64,000 nt of DNA from Carcharhinus longimanus (taxonomy: Eukaryota). The notes beneath the pieces were generated by a model that worked only from the letters and a program-made list of their open reading frames with translations, was not told the DNA's origin and made no database searches. Numbering within the stretch: the stretch's first letter is position 1; each line of letters opens with the position of its first letter. Where the stretch lies: NCBI GenBank assembly GCA_030264375.1, contig JASCQW010000112.1, positions 6,269,527 through 6,333,526 on the forward strand, written 5' to 3'. A program made the position numbers and the translations under genes. Below are positions 61,675-64,000 of this stretch, piece after piece.

Positions 61675-61916
61675 TAGAACCCCTACAGTGCAATCCCTAT
61701 AACCCCATGCATTTACCCTGCTAATCCACCTGAGACTGAGGGCCAATCAACCTAACCAGCATGTCTTTCAGACTGTGGGTTGAAACCAGAGCACCGGCAG
61801 GAAACCCACGCAAACACGGGGAATGTGCAAACTCCACACAGTACCCAAGGCCGGAATTGAACCTGGATCTCTGGCACTGAGGTAGCAGTGCTAACCACTG
61901 TGCCACTATGCTGCCC
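61675..61916 (-). mobile_element. V-SINE (HE1-like)
   Basis: Head, V-domain and catagaa tail on the minus strand. Confidence 0.85.
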
Positions 61917-61989
61917 ATAATTACTGGCTCTTCATGTGCAGTGGACTTTGACACTCGGCTCAGGATCGAGCTGAGGTTGCAGATCTTTG

Positions 61990-62296
61990 AGTTTACCTCT
62001 TGAGTTACTGTCTTGATCCACCACCATTGGGCATATCTGAAGAACATCAATTTGTTCTGAGCTACAGCTTCTCACTCAATGTTATAGACAAGGAATTCAA
62101 CTTGTTGGGTAACTGGGATCAAGTTGGGGGTGGGGAGGGGGGCTGCCAGAGGGTGCATTTTGGGATGGGGAACCAACAAGTTGAATTCCTTTTCTACCAC
62201 ATTGTGTGTGAAGCTGTGGCTCATAACATTTTGGGCACCTAGCACTGTCTGAAGAACATCAATGATGTGGATCAAGACAGTAACTGGAGGTAAAAG
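61990..62296. repeat. Unassigned long imperfect inverted repeat (MITE-like fold-back)
   Basis: Perfect 19-bp core 62090-62108/62173-62191, extending with mismatches and indels to about 61990/62296. Confidence 0.75.
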
Positions 62297-62752
62297 GTGA
62301 CCATTTAGCGACCAAGTGCTATCAGATATCCCTGGCATGACACACATGTTGGTGCAGACTGGACTGAAACATGGGAGAGAAAAGCCATAGAGAAGGATGG
62401 TAGCTGTGTTAAAGGCTGTGGTTAAAGAAAGATCTTGCATTTATACTGTGCTTTACATGTCCAAATACTTTACAGGCAAAGAAAGTACTTCTGCTATAAA
62501 AATGGTTATGACCCTTGACCAGACTAGACCCCCACTTTTTTGGTAAGATTTGGTTAGGGACCAATAACACTGTGTTCAAAGTAGATTCAAGTTTGAGATT
62601 CAAGACACCTGTTCAGGAATAAAGCCACAAGATTCCTTGGGTTTTGAACAAACAAAACTAGGAAGATAGAACAATTTATACAAACAATGCAGGTAAGAAA
62701 GTCCATGAACAGTTTGTGCACTGCAAGCTCTACAAACAATAGTTTAGGAGCA

Positions 62753-62824
62753 GCATTGGTGGGTTCAGTGGTAGAATTCTCACCTGCCGCGCAGGAGGCC
62801 CGGATTCGATTCGTGGCCAATGCA
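62753..62824 (+). tRNA. tRNA-Gly(GCC)-derived gene, probably a pseudogene
   Basis: GCATTGGTGGGTTCAGTGGTAGAATTCTCACCTGCCGCGCAGGAGGCCCGGATTCGATTCGTGGCCAATGCA is close to vertebrate tRNA-Gly-GCC. Anticodon GCC at 62786-88 and an intact acceptor stem. There are two mismatches each in the anticodon and T stems plus one extra G. TTTT lies at 62850-53. Confidence 0.85.
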
Positions 62825-62853
62825 CGAGCAGTAGTTAATTTCTCTGTGCTTTT

Positions 62854-63378
62854 GGGTGGCACATCTGCACAGTGGTTAGCACTGCTGCTTCACTAGTTCC
62901 AAGGACCTGGGTTCGATTCCTGGCTTGGGTCACTGTCTGTGTGGAGTTTGCACATCCTCCTTGTGTCTGCGTGGGTTTCCTCCGGGTGCTCCGGTTTCNN
63001 NNNNNNNNNNNNNNNNNNNNNNNNNNNNNNNNNNNNNNNNNNNNNNNNNNNNNNNNNNNNNNNNNNNNNNNNNNNNNNNNNNNNNNNNNNNNNNNNNNCA
63101 GTGGTTAGCACTGCTGCCTCACAGCTACTAGGAACCTGGGTTCAATTCCAGCCTTGGATCACTGTCTGAGTGGAGCTTACACATTCTCCCCGTGTCTGCA
63201 TGGGTTTCCGCCAGCTGCTCCAGTTTCCTCCCACACGCCAAAGGGTTAGGTTGATCGGCCATGCTAAATTGTCTCATAGTTTCTGGGGGATTAGCAGGAT
63301 AAATAAATGGCCTGGGTGGGATTGTTGATGGTGCAGCCTCAATGGGCTTCTGCACTGTTGGGATTCTATGGATTCTAA
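62854..63378 (+). mobile_element. V-SINE head(s) either side of a 100-N gap, HER1-type tail
   Basis: Head and V-domain at 62854-62998 and again at 63099-63235. Tail gggattctatggattcta. Confidence 0.8.
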
Positions 63379-63719
63379 GAATCCACACTTCTGGTGTCAT
63401 TTACAGGTCTCCAACAACAGACTCTACTAAATAACATCACAGATATGAAGGAGCTAATTTTCTGAGTTGGTGCTGTTGGCAGAGAGCCTGGTATATTGGC
63501 TGTGTATTTCAGAAATCATGGGCACGCTGCCCATGTTCGCTGCCCATGGATGAAAAATTGAGTACATCATGGTCACGATTTCACAATCTGTTCATCAAGC
63601 AGGCAAAGTTCCCGCTGACATTGTGAACTCAGAAGGTTGGCCTTCTATTCATGATATTTATGCATGATGTACTAGTATTCAATTTGATACATATCATCAG
63701 AGTCTTGCATTTGCATAGT

Positions 63720-64000
63720 CCTTAAAGAATGTACTTTTGAAACTTCTCCCACAGGCAGCTTGTTTTGAAGTCTCCATTATGAAGTTCAGGAAAGAGTATT
63801 TCCATTAGGGAAAAACAAAATATTGCAGACGTTGGCAATCTGAACTCAAAAGAGAAAATGTTAGAAATGTTAAGCAGAGTAGCGTGCTTCTGAATGAAAA
63901 TCCAACAAAGTGCCTGAAAGTCCTGAATGATGTTAATATGAGGATACTGGAAGACCTCTTTAGGAATATTTACAGAACACAATTTATACCCAAGGATCTT
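63720..64000 (-). mobile_element. Possible RTE remnant interrupted by a short Penelope-derived repeat (about 63808-63895)
   Basis: ILFPELHNG...WEKFQKYIL weakly resembles RTE LLYGEL..G...KRFKD.LK. Family motif aaaatattgcagacgttggcaatctgaa. Confidence 0.35.

Noticed and set aside
62854-63235. Apparent dimeric (double-headed) SINE
   Set aside because: The two heads are separated by a 100-N gap of unknown true size, so adjacency cannot be established.
42000-64000. 3' exons of a convergent neighbour such as TTC8 (expected from human synteny)
   Set aside because: No matching peptide seen in the ORF track or by eye. Short exons could have been missed.

Overview
Vertebrate genomic DNA from a draft assembly with N-gaps. 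The repeat content (HE1-type V-SINEs, CR1/HER1 LINE tails, Deu-type SINEs, Penelope-derived short elements) points to a cartilaginous fish, probably a shark. The only protein-coding gene I can support is the 3' part of FOXN3 (CHES1) on the + strand: a 69-nt exon (23142-23210), a 109-nt exon (31339-31447) and the terminal coding exon (34996-35542). A roughly 6.3-kb transposon-free putative 3'UTR follows, ending at tandem AATAAA signals near 41.8 kb. The forkhead-domain exons must lie upstream of the window. The rest is intron or intergenic DNA filled with decayed CR1, L2, Rex/Babar, RTE, SINE and Penelope-like fragments, plus a tRNA-Gly(GCC) pseudogene and several repeat-free candidate enhancers. 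The most unusual signals are: short fold-back Penelope-derived elements with minimal hammerhead-ribozyme cores, including an apparent compensatory U3-A8 core variant; an unassigned ~300-bp fold-back at 62 kb; tandem RFX X-boxes next to a CRE-like site in the intron; and three miR-135 8mer sites in the 3'UTR. All repeat assignments were made by eye and their boundaries are approximate. There are no prokaryotic systems or CRISPR arrays.
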